A stretch of 64,000 nt of DNA from positions 15,128,001-15,192,000 of the forward strand of contig CP075492.1 in NCBI GenBank assembly GCA_021613535.1, in the 5' to 3' direction. Positions 24,380 through 35,254 of this stretch are shown piece after piece. The DNA comes from Adineta vaga (Eukaryota; Animalia; Rotifera). The translations under genes and the position numbers were made by a program. The notes beneath the pieces are model-generated. The model was not told the DNA's origin and ran no database searches. It was given only the letters and a program-made list of their open reading frames with translations. How positions within the stretch are numbered: position 1 is the stretch's first letter; every line of letters starts with the position of its first letter.

Positions 24380-25201
24380 ATGACAACTGCAACGCGCACG
24401 CAGAGAACAAATGCAGCAGTTGTAACTGAAAATGATATGCAAAATACTTCAGAAGATTTTCGTAATGTTATTCACAAGGTTGGAACTGGAATGCGGGACA
24501 TTGCACGAACATCAAGTGAAGTTCTTACTGAATTGCAAGACGCATTGAAACCCATATTACCATTATTCAGTGAAGAAGAACAAAATCAAATGTACGATGC
24601 TTTTATTGGATACCATAAATTGCTGATTAGCAGTCAAAAATTTCTAACAAGAGCATTAATATTAGCTGCTCGAGCGCGAACATCGAATGAACTGATGGCA
24701 TCAATTAATATTCAAATGATACATGAAATGTGTTCTAATGTAGAAAGCTTAACAGAAAAATTTCTTAGACTTAATCCTATTCTTCAAGAAAAATTGAAAG
24801 ATCAACAAACACTCAAACGATGGAGAAATATTCTTGGCCTTTTTACGATTATTGGTGTTTGTTCTATGGGAATCGCTTGTGGAATAGCTCGATTTACGAG
24901 TGTTGGTTTTTCAACGAGTATAAAAGCGTTTCTTACCACAACAGGAGCAATAACTGTTGCTGCTGGAGCACCGGCAATTACGGCACATGTAGCTCAACAT
25001 GAGGCTGAATTAAATCATATTAAAAATTCTTTAAAAAACATTCGCAATGTACTTACAAAATTGAGTCAAAATTATCCACAAATCGAAGAAATGGCTCAAA
25101 TTTTATCGGATGAAGACGATACAAGACGAGATTTTCTTCGACTTCTTCAAGAAACACAAATTGAAGTTAACAAAGGTTTTGACATTTTGCGAAATTTATA
25201 A
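24380..25201 (+). CDS. All-helical coiled-coil protein with a central hydrophobic hairpin (ApoL / alpha-pore-former-like architecture), function unknown
   Basis: 273-aa ORF after a probable 5'UTR intron (GTAAGC at 24291...CATAG). Two Gly/Ala-rich hydrophobic segments (ILGLFTIIGVCSMGIACGIA; FLTTTGAITVAAGAPAITA) between heptad helices. Confidence 0.7.
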   Translation: MTTATRTQRTNAAVVTENDMQNTSEDFRNVIHKVGTGMRDIARTSSEVLTELQDALKPILPLFSEEEQNQMYDAFIGYHKLLISSQKFLTRALILAARARTSNELMASINIQMIHEMCSNVESLTEKFLRLNPILQEKLKDQQTLKRWRNILGLFTIIGVCSMGIACGIARFTSVGFSTSIKAFLTTTGAITVAAGAPAITAHVAQHEAELNHIKNSLKNIRNVLTKLSQNYPQIEEMAQILSDEDDTRRDFLRLLQETQIEVNKGFDILRNL

Positions 25202-25499
25202 TACTTCCGCATCATTCGAGAAAAATTTTATCTTACATTCATTTCTGTATCATAATATTTTGAATTCTTCGCAAAATAAATTGAACAAATTAGATTCTGT
25301 CATTATAAGAAGACATAGAATCATTTAAAGTCAAATTTTGTTCAAATTATTTGTCATAAATGTTATAGTTTCTCTAAATAATGATCAAATGTCATCAATT
25401 GTGATTTGCCATGATCTTTTCTATCCATTCTTTATATATAGGAACTTTAAAAATTAAATTTTACATAAAATGAATCAGTGGATGTTATCTAATTGCTAC

Positions 25500-25776
25500 G
25501 AATTATATAGGTTCAAGCAAGAAAAAGCATTTCAATAAGACAGCACCAGCATTATATACCATTAATACATTAAAATTTACAACCGCAATATTTTTCGTTC
25601 GTGATGATTGGCTTGCTGATCCAACAGATATGAATTATATTTTTGACAATATTCCAAATGAAACACTTGTTTCTCGAAAATTTCTTCCCGGTTATAATCA
25701 TGCAGATTTCATGATAGCGATTACAGTTAATGGACTTATCTATGTTGATGTACTTGATCAACCATTACTTTTCTAA
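25500..25776 (+). pseudogene. C-terminal fragment of an acid lipase (LIPA / gastric lipase family)
   Basis: Reads KHFNKTAPALY...TAIFFVRDDWLADPTDM...PGYNHADFMIA. DWLAD carries the catalytic Asp and YNHxDF the catalytic His. No upstream GHSQG exon was found. Confidence 0.7.
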
Positions 25777-26221
25777 TTATATTTTCTTTTTTCGAATCAA
25801 TTATATGCGTCAATAAAATAGATAAACGACACTATCATTGATCTTAACTTTCGGAGTATGGACTTTAAGATCAATCGACTGAGAGTATTTCCACACCCAT
25901 TTATTTCCTATGTATATATTGCTAGATCAGTGGCACGTTATAGTAAGATTTTGAATATTTTCATACATGAATCAATATATATATAATTTATTCTTCTTTT
26001 ATATTAATGTAGCGTTTTCGATCGACTAAAAAGCAACCATAAACGTACGTCTCATTTACATATTTCTTCTTAAAGTTAGAAAAAAAATTCAATAGTGATA
26101 ATATTATTTTATTTAATAGAAAATTTACATACAAAAAAAACCTGTTCTAATTAATTCACTGAAAAATCTAAAAGTAAGGATTTGTTTTTGAAATAAAGAT
26201 TACATTCTGTTTTCGATTCGA

Positions 26222-27055
26222 TCAAATAATTATCTCAATGATAATCAAAAGCATAGATATCATTAAATTTAAATTAATATTATTCATTCGACTAATACCA
26301 TAGGATGTTTTTAATGCAGTACTACTACAATATCCCACATTATTATCCACAAGTCCAAGATAAGAATTATCTCGACTCAGAATTACACGAAATGTTTTTA
26401 CATACCATGTAAATTGTATAAAAAAAGTTGTTGGCATTGTTTGACTATAAGAAACTAAATTTGAAGAACCAATACATTGACCAGAGAGACTTCCATTTAA
26501 TTGTAGTAGACTGGAACCAGTCTGAGATAATGTGATTAGATTGGTAAAACAACAACAAACGCTTGAATCGCATGAACTATCCGTTTGATATGTTCCACTC
26601 CAGGTTGGTGTTGAATACGTTTCACCTCTAACTAGAATAAATAAATTAATCATTGTTCGATGGAGTAGATTTTTATTTACCAAATGAAGGAAGTGGTCGT
26701 TTGACAACAGCAAGTGGAACTACAACTGCAACAATAATAACTGCACCAATTGCCAAGCCAATAATAAGTCCAATTATCCATAATTTTGAACAACAAATGC
26801 GTGATTTACTAAAAACATCAGAAAAAAAACAATTTATTTTTATAATGAATAGAAAAATAAATTTAATACTTACGATTGATCAGTTTGATGTTTATCATTA
26901 CGTCTTGGTTCGTGATGTTGATATTCTTCATCATAATATCGTGGTCTTAATGATGAAACTCTTAATTCTTCAGGTTCTATTTCGTTCGTATAATAAACGT
27001 TTCTCCCATTTGGACCGTTATGAATGATATATCGAGATGGTGGCGATCTACTCAT
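26222..27055 (-). CDS. Membrane protein: cytoplasmic N-terminus, type II TM, Cys-rich (CCC) ectodomain, hydrophobic GPI-like C-terminus
   Basis: Exons 27055-26874, 26808-26681 and 26631-26222 with phase-consistent GT-AG introns. TM LWIIGLIIGLAIGAVIIVAVVVPLAVV. C-terminus SYG...LNLMISMLLIIIEIII. Confidence 0.75.
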
Positions 27056-27937
27056 TGCTGTACGATATACTAAAACAGTTTTGTACAAGGAATTATTAGA
27101 ATTTCTCAATCATCTCTTTTCCTCTTATATGTATGTCTCTACTTCATAGTTGTACCTCTAAAATGTTTTGCTTTCTATACTAAAAAAAAACCTCGTCGTT
27201 CGTTTCTTACCAATCAAAGAGAAAGAAACGGTCGAGCTTCTATGTTTTTTTCTCTTTATTTGCTTCACCCGCACAGAAAGCAAAAAACACACAAGTTTGA
27301 TGTTAACAAAAGTAAAAAGTACATTACATTAGTGCCACAAATAGAACAAACACATACACAACGATGAATAACCGTTTATTGTATTAGTGTGAAACATTTA
27401 GTTCAAAGCAGTAAACCTATTCGATATGAGTCCATGAGTATTTTGAAGTTGAGTTTAGACGAATAACAAGAGTCTTACACCCTCATTCTCCTTTTCAAAG
27501 AGTATCTTCCTGAAAATTCAAGCCATCTCCTAAAACGTCTTCTGTCAGCACCAGGAAACTTGTTTTTATTTAATACTTGTATTGCGGACTCCTAGAAGAA
27601 TCTTTTTTGCAATTTAAGCTGTAATTCTGCAAATATCTATTAGTATATATACCTTTCTGAATCAAAGATTATTATCGAAGCCGTAAAAGATTGCTTCTGA
27701 AAACAAATTGCTTGACATATAGCGCCATCTTGTTTTCATTTATAAATATAATTTAAAGTAAAAAAGATCAATACAGAAACTGTATATTATATTTTCCCTT
27801 GTTATGATTCATGGAATAGTAATACATTTGCATTAGCCAATGCGAAATTAGGGTGTTGATCACTTAGAAACGAACGCAATCTCCTTGAAAACAACAAACT
27901 ATTTTTCATCTCGATTACTCAATAGTGATTTTGTTCA

Positions 27938-29180
27938 ATGGATACATTCCGCAAATTAAAAGCAAAACGATTCAAATCTCGTCATATCATCAATAATCAA
28001 CTACACACGCAATTCGAAGATCTACCTAATGAAATAATTCTCGATATTCTAAGTTATCTGGACGAAAAGAATATTCAACAAACATATCGCAAGCTCAACG
28101 AGCGCTTCTTTCAGCTCATTTATCGTTATCAAGGTCGATCTGTATTACTATCCTTCTCGCAGCGAGATTCATCAAAGATAGAACAATACTTCAATGTTCA
28201 ACTTTGACCTCCTTAAAGGTCAAGAACATATCTCGAAGAATGGAAGAACAATCTTTTGAACGATTGAACACTGACAACAGACAAACTAATATCGAAATCT
28301 TTCAATGTTTGCATTCAATTCAAATATCACAATTACAGATTCTACTAAAGAGAATGCCGAAACTTCGTCAACTCGATATTAATCAAGTGTAATCAGATAC
28401 GAACGGTGCAAACGACCTGTTCGCAGTACCTGAACTCTATCAATTGACAACACTATCCATTGATGGCGACTCATCTGATCCTCATATATTGAAGAAAGTC
28501 ATCGTTGCATTCAATGCTACGATAAAGTCTTTAAACTTAGTGTTTCCTCTTCTTAAGTTCATCAAAATTGCTACGGAATGGACTAAACTTCTAAACGAAA
28601 ACTTACCACACTACTATGTTGAATTATGGAACAAGTTTCGACAATTTCCGATAAATTTAGTGGGACTGCCCAGGTGGTGTGAGGAATTATGGAATATCAT
28701 ATTTTGTCCACTTATGTTATGCGACAATATTATCATTTTTGATTTTCGAAGGTAGTTTTTCACAAGAACATAAAACTCAATGAGCTCTCTAACTGTTCTC
28801 TTTAGGAAACAACTACTAGCATCAGCATCTTCTGAGCTTACTTTGAAAATGAGCGGTTCTAATGTGATACATATCTATGCTGTCATTTACGTGAGCTCCT
28901 GAAACCATCGATCAGATCTCCGCCACTTCATTTACATATTAAGCAAAACAACTTCGAACTCTGTCATATACCAATACTTACTGGAGTTTTCACGAATATT
29001 AGAGAAATTACGATCGACGTTTTAGCAGGATCTTCTTCGTTTACTTTGGAAACCGTTGCTCGTGATAAATTAACGGTTACCAATTCATTGCGTACTAAAT
29101 CCAGAAAAAATATCTATCCTATTCAAATGGTTTCCATCAATTCAATGGATGAAAATTCAACTAGATGGTTACTACAATGA
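27938..29180 (+). pseudogene. F-box/LRR-like gene, disrupted
   Basis: F-box FEDLPNEIILDILSYL, frameshift near 28204, in-frame TAA at 28390-28392 with the frame continuing into the 28444 ORF, and a degraded last exon after ~28805. Confidence 0.7.
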
Positions 29181-29424
29181 ACTTGAGCCAAGGGAAATAG
29201 TGCTTATAATAATGAAAATGTTACGTGAAAAAGTGCGTATGATGGCTATTTTTTTAATGAAAAGAAAACGCAATTAAACAATCAAATGGATCCAAGAAAC
29301 TCTAAATCGAGAAAATGGTTTTAACGAGCATGATGCGTCCAGAATGTATTCGATTGAAAAAAAACTCTACTTCAATTGTATTATGCTGGTAATAAAATTA
29401 GAAATAGTTCGCTATAGAGTTCAA

Positions 29425-31539
29425 TTAAATATGACTTGTAGTATCGTTCGATTTGTTGTTTGACATAATCTTTTGATAGAGATTCACAGCTAATTGATAA
29501 AGTTGTACTTGATGTTGAAAATCATTATGAAATGGAATTGAACTGATAAGAAATTTTACGGTAATCATTTTCAAATCAATCCAATTGACGTTTGTTGAAT
29601 ATTCTTTATCAATAAATTCCTCAAATATGGGAATTAATTCTGAAATATAGGAGTCTATTATTTCACCTGATATTAAATGACCTTTATTGGCTAGAACAAA
29701 ATCATATCCAATCAGGGATTGATATACTTTACCAAGATCATAATTGAGATCACCTTCTAAAGTTAATTTTGTTCCCAATGAATTATGCATATCTAAGAAA
29801 ACGACTCGATTGTCAGGTGTAAATAAAGCACTACTAAACACAGGATTTCCATGAATAACTGCACGATATTGACCACGTTTTGATGTCTCATAATCATCCA
29901 AATACTTGACAATTTCATCGATTAATTCCTGTGAGACGATCATTTTCACTGACAATTCTGATTGTTCTCGAAAATGTTCATCAATACTTTTATACAAAGT
30001 ATGATACTGTTTGTACTGTGCTAGAAACTTTTTCGAATAATTTTCATACATATTTCCTTTCATTTTCTCGATATCGCTTGGTAGAGAAAGATGAATACGT
30101 CTCAGAGAATTGAGAAATTTCAATAATCGTCCACTAGTCATACATAAATTTGTAAATAATTGTGAAAAAGTAATTCCATTGATTTTCTCTAAAACAATTG
30201 ATGTCATATTTGTTTCCGTATTTTTCTCAATTCGATGAAGCTGTGGAAATAAATCTTTAATAGATGAAGGAATATTTTCATAGAAAAATATTTCTCCTTT
30301 CAAATCATCAACTGAAGAACTTTTGATAATTAAATTATCTAAATATTGAATTGTATGTGATTGTTCAGAAGCTGATATTTCTTTCGTTCGAGTAGATGTT
30401 GAAGAATCATCAGGTGTCCAACCAATTTCTTTTGCTGTATCAATCAACGCATGTACAGCTGCATCATCAACATAAACATCGGCATAGGGTTTACCAAAAT
30501 ATAATTCATCATAAGGAATTTTGAACTTCGCCAATGTTTCTAATGTTACTTGTCCAATATCTGCTATGACTGCACCAACATTTCCTTTATGTGTTTTCAT
30601 TCGACGAGCTGTTTGTATGATAATATAATGGCCAGCTGCATGTAGTTCTTGTATTAATTGAATATTTTGTGCTTTTGGTAGAACAGTACTATAATCACCA
30701 TGTTTAGTTGGATAAGAAACTAATGTATTGTCTAAATCGAAACAAAAACGCATCGTTCGAACTTTGACCGGACTTTCTTTTGTTTTCAATCGTTTTAAAA
30801 ATGATTTCAATAGATTAGGTGTCCCAACACAGACAAAATCATTCGGATTCACTTGAATGCCAACAAACGATTCTTTATCTGCTAACATTAATTTTATAAG
30901 ATGTGTTGTATAATATTCTCCAGATTCTCCAACAGCTTCATCCAATAATTGAATACAATATGATTTTAGAACAGATCCCGAACTAAAAGCATATGCACCT
31001 GTATTAGCATGCGTAGAAATCATAATCTTTTCAGCAACATCAGTAACAACGGAAAGATGGTTTTCGTTAGAAGAATTTTCGTCAAATTTCAAATAGGAAT
31101 AGATTGGTTTTCCATCATGATCTTCAAAATAGAACGAAGCATTAAGATGCGCTGGTAATTGACGAAATTGTTCGAGTATTGGTTTGAAATAAATTGTATC
31201 ACAATCGAGAGAGATCGTTTTTCGATCTATACGATCTTCATCAATTCGTTGTAACATAATAAATAATGTTTCAGCTGCACCTCTCGTATCAAAATCCAAA
31301 ACAACAGATTGGAATGTTTGCTTTGGATATTCAATTCGTAATGTTTGGGTCAAATCAAATTGTTTTTCTAATGTTTCTGTAATGCCCATATAGATAACAT
31401 CATCTTCTTTGAGATCTAAACGATCGATTAACCAAAATAACATTGGTCTACCAACAATCTTTATTAAAGGTTTTGGAAAACGATAATTTTCCCGACTAAA
31501 TCGTTCACCAAGACCACCCATTGGAATTAGAATATTCAT
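29425..31539 (-). CDS. Triple fusion: NTP-transferase (sugar-phosphate nucleotidyltransferase) + HAD IIIC capsule-biosynthesis-type phosphatase + APH/choline-kinase-like domain; intronless
   Basis: ILIPMGGLGERF...PKPLI (nucleotidyltransferase); FDLDNTL, TARRM and FGKPYADVYVDD (HAD motifs I-IV); HGNPVFSS, FLDM and YDLGKVYQSL (kinase fold). Confidence 0.9.
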   Translation of the reverse strand: MNILIPMGGLGERFSRENYRFPKPLIKIVGRPMLFWLIDRLDLKEDDVIYMGITETLEKQFDLTQTLRIEYPKQTFQSVVLDFDTRGAAETLFIMLQRIDEDRIDRKTISLDCDTIYFKPILEQFRQLPAHLNASFYFEDHDGKPIYSYLKFDENSSNENHLSVVTDVAEKIMISTHANTGAYAFSSGSVLKSYCIQLLDEAVGESGEYYTTHLIKLMLADKESFVGIQVNPNDFVCVGTPNLLKSFLKRLKTKESPVKVRTMRFCFDLDNTLVSYPTKHGDYSTVLPKAQNIQLIQELHAAGHYIIIQTARRMKTHKGNVGAVIADIGQVTLETLAKFKIPYDELYFGKPYADVYVDDAAVHALIDTAKEIGWTPDDSSTSTRTKEISASEQSHTIQYLDNLIIKSSSVDDLKGEIFFYENIPSSIKDLFPQLHRIEKNTETNMTSIVLEKINGITFSQLFTNLCMTSGRLLKFLNSLRRIHLSLPSDIEKMKGNMYENYSKKFLAQYKQYHTLYKSIDEHFREQSELSVKMIVSQELIDEIVKYLDDYETSKRGQYRAVIHGNPVFSSALFTPDNRVVFLDMHNSLGTKLTLEGDLNYDLGKVYQSLIGYDFVLANKGHLISGEIIDSYISELIPIFEEFIDKEYSTNVNWIDLKMITVKFLISSIPFHNDFQHQVQLYQLAVNLYQKIMSNNKSNDTTSHI

Positions 31540-31858
31540 TTTTGTTATACAGAGTTACTACGTCAAATAATCGTTCGATCACCAGTATATACACACGTCT
31601 TACCTTGGTGAAGTATGTTTCGCATGAATGAAAACGTATAAAATATAACGGTGATATTCTATGTTCTTTTTCAGTCTCTTACATATCATACCTTCGTTTA
31701 CTTTTCAATATACGTGCGTGCATGACTTTGATAGAGAGAAGAGAACGGAAGAACGAACGATAGTCATGAACGACTGAAAGAAAAGAAAAATATTGAGAAT
31801 GTATGTACGATTTTCATGAGTTTATTAAATGATAAGAAAAAAAAAGAAATCGATAGTA

Positions 31859-33052
31859 TTAACAGTTCTCTTCACTACTATCACTAGTTTCTTCTTGGTT
31901 ATTCATTTTTGGACATATCATACTCTTGAAATCTTTAAATGGATCAGTGATATCTACATTATCACTTGCGCGAAATAAATCAGTTCGAATAGTATGTCTT
32001 TGTTCAACAAAATCTTGCAACTTTCTTGACAAGAGAAAGTGTGTTTGTTTCATATCATTAAGCTGAAATTCGCAAGCCTTCTGAACAATACTTGCATAAG
32101 TACTTGGCAAATCATCGAAATTTATTCGTCCTCTAGTAAAATGATACATTCCGCCTCGTAAACGTAGTACCAAATGAATTGTAGCTTCGTTCGATATATT
32201 GTAATATTGTAACGTTCTACCATCTTCCAATTGACGGCCTATAAATATTAAACGTTGTTGATCAAGAGGAATACCTTTCTTATCTTGTAATATATATATA
32301 TATATATATATATATCATATGGAGTACCAAATGTTGTATCCTTTAGAATATCAATCAAGGAAAACAATGTGACAAAGATTGGCTTATCTCTTTCGGAATG
32401 ACTTTCGCCATAATAATACAATTATCTTGATATAATCGGCATGACATAACTATATCATTTAGTTGTGGTGTTGTACCCTTAAACCAATATTCGTTATTCG
32501 GTTGAGCATTTTGATGAAGAGTACAAAATTTGATTTCAATATTACTCAATTGTTTTCGTTCATATATTTCTATTTTGATCTTTTCCATTGTGTCCATCAA
32601 TCGGATCGGCACTGTAAATATATCAAATGATGAATGTCTGTAGCTTCCAAGCGATATAGTCACCTGACCATATGAGTTAAATTGAAAATCATTTACATAA
32701 CAAGAAACCGGTGAACTTAATTCATTATCAGTAAATGATGAAAATATACCGTTTTTCATTTTATCAATCTTGATCCACTTTTGTAAATATTTCGGTACAT
32801 AATTCTTCTTGAAATATTATATGGTTTTACTAATCAACTCATAATCGAGAAATTTTCCGCTACTATTGTGACCATAGAGATCAATGAATGTTAATGAACG
32901 CGATTTTAATTAATGTCATTTTCATTTGTACACCGATCGCTCAAGATTTTTTCAAATTCGGTCGTTTGATTTCGAATTACTTGTACGTTCGCAACTAAAT
33001 CTTTAAAAATAAATGAATATTGTTTGTTAGAAACAATTGAGGCTACGGCCAT
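31859..33052 (-). pseudogene. Ubiquitin-like-domain fusion gene ([11 protein letters not shown] type), disrupted
   Basis: [46 protein letters not shown]. The N-terminal half of the Ubl is broken by stops and a (TA)n tract at 32290-32315. Upstream coding remnants extend to an ATG at ~33052. Confidence 0.72.
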
Positions 33053-33355
33053 GTTGTAAAGAAAATATTCAATGACTTATTCAAAAGAAATAAAATACGA
33101 CATTTAACGCATATTTAAATTTACTTGGTATGTTGGGAAAAAACCATTGTTCTCTCAACTATCCATTTTATGAATCACTATTTTTTATAGTTTCTAAAAG
33201 TTTTCATTCATTCCATCGTTGTTTGCCTTTGCTTATCAGTACAACTCTCACTGCCACTCTCCGTGTTCGTAAGATGAATACGTGAGGGGACACGTGTTTC
33301 TTAATTGCTTCTATTTTTAATCAAATCGATGCATATTGAAAATGATTGAGAACAT

Positions 33356-33426
33356 GTTCTGTTAGTATAATGGTAGTATATCTGCACGACACGCAGATGA
33401 CGCAGGTTCGATTCCTGCACGGAACA
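33356..33426 (+). tRNA. tRNA-Val-like gene, anticodon GAC with atypical loop ACGACAC (possibly a pseudo-tRNA)
   Basis: Acceptor GTTCTGT/ACGGAAC, D arm, anticodon stem TCTGC/GCAGA, T arm GCAGG-TTCGATT-CCTGC, discriminator A, T7 pol III terminator. Confidence 0.8.
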
Positions 33427-33497
33427 TTTTTTTCATTTTCATCATGAGAAGTCAATACTGAGAGAGTTTCCTGCATGAGTCAGGTGATTGAGAACAT

Positions 33498-33568
33498 GTT
33501 CTGTTAGTATAATGGTAGTACACCTGTCTTACACACAGATGACGCAGGTTCGATTCCCGCACGGAACA
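33498..33568 (+). tRNA. tRNA-Val(TAC)
   Basis: Same body as the upstream copy, anticodon loop CT-TAC-AC, one mismatch each in the anticodon and T stems, T7 terminator, shared 5' flank tgattgagaacat. Confidence 0.85.
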
Positions 33569-33789
33569 TTTTTTTGCGTTAGGATTTTTAGCTCGAGTGA
33601 GAGAAGTGACTCGATCTTCCGTCATTACTTGACAGAGTGAGTCAGCGCGTGTAGAGTATTTTAGAAAGACGTGAATGTAAAAAGAAGAAAAGTAAGCATG
33701 TATTAAGTAAGGATATGAGGTTGGTGTAATTTATTTATCGATCAGTACAAATAAGTATCTGTATTTGAAAGTATATGTTTAAATAAAGT

Positions 33790-34578
33790 ATCAGGATTTA
33801 ATCGACTTGTTCGGATTTTTTCTCTTTTGAGAATATTTAACTTTGATTGTTGTCGGTGATTCTGTTATTGAATTCTTGCGTGCATACATGTATGTGGATA
33901 AGTCCGTATCAGTGAATCAATATGATTTACCTGCAAATTTCGAAAGAAATTGAACGTCCCATTTTTACGATCAGGCTTTAAGTTATATGAATTGTCGATA
34001 TTTGTTGCACTGACAATACCACTCTCAACTTGTACCAAAACCTTTTAATTCAAATATAGATCAGATATAATAAGACATATATGTACCTGAAAGATAATTG
34101 CCTAAATCAATATAAACCGTAGATATGAGAGAATTCTTGTCTTTCGTATTATTGTTCCAGTCATACACGAACGTATTTGGATCAACTTTGTATTTGTCCA
34201 CAAGAAACTGCATAACACTATACAACATCAATTAAATAATTACCTCTTAGCATGATAACTGGCTGTCTGATGACGTTTACCATTTAAACTTCGTTGTTGA
34301 GGACTGAATGATAATAAAGCATCATCATCATCTTCAATATCATCTGCTGAAGTAGATCCTGCATATTGTCTAGCAGTACGAGGAATAACTCTATATTTGA
34401 GACTAAACAAGCTTAGTCGATGAATCGATGGTTCTTCACCACCTGGAATTCTCAGCAAATCTTCATTGTTCAACGGTGTATGTTCACATGTACCAGAATA
34501 ATTCGATGGTAGAGTAATTGAAAGATCATCGTTCACGAATTTCTTAACGAACAAAAACGTTTCGTTTCGACAAAGCAT
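33790..34578 (-). pseudogene. Uncharacterised multi-exon gene fragment (YSGTCEHT family), probably truncated
   Basis: Exons ~34578-34243, 34217-34087 and 34041-33931 are bounded by GT-AG. There is a phase mismatch between exons 2 and 3 and early termination afterwards. Confidence 0.45.
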
Positions 34579-35254
34579 TTATAGATATAAAAGTGTTGAC
34601 GAATGGCTGTGAAATTACATCATCAAAACTTATTTCAACCTTTTTCTTTTTTCGCATTTTGTCAATTGATTCGAAATAATAGTGTCGTTACAAGAGAATA
34701 AAATTATGTTTGAACTGAACGATTGTCTCATAATCATCGAGTGATATGAAGAACTGTGTATTGATAGGAAGTATTCTGCTACTCATTTGACAGCGGTAGT
34801 AGAATGCTATATCGATATGCTTGTACACAGCAAACGCATTTTATTATTTAGAAACATCGAGTTTATTGATGTTTCCGAGAAGACTAGAGAACAAACATGA
34901 CACATAGAGAACATGTCATGGACATATAGTATGACGTCACGATATAACAATAATAGAATAGATAACATTTTTTTCTCTTTCTAACAGTATTCATTCGATT
35001 CGATTATTAAGAATTTGCCAGAAACACAATAATCATATTTAGTCATGTTTTTTATTGTCGAAATTTCATCGAAATTTAAATATTCAGTAAAATGTAGGTT
35101 TATCTTGATAAGCACATTGTTATATTATCGACGAAAATGTGTATATGAGTCAAATATGGAAGAGATTTCGAAATTTCGTTCTATACTTCGTTCTTATCTA
35201 TATAATACATGCTCATTCGTATCAACCATAAAGAACAGAATAAGAGAAAAGAAT

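Noticed and set aside
35045-35254. 70-aa N-terminal extension of the NADAR ORF
   Set aside because: AT-rich, non-conserved-looking sequence. The domain starts at the ATG at 35255.
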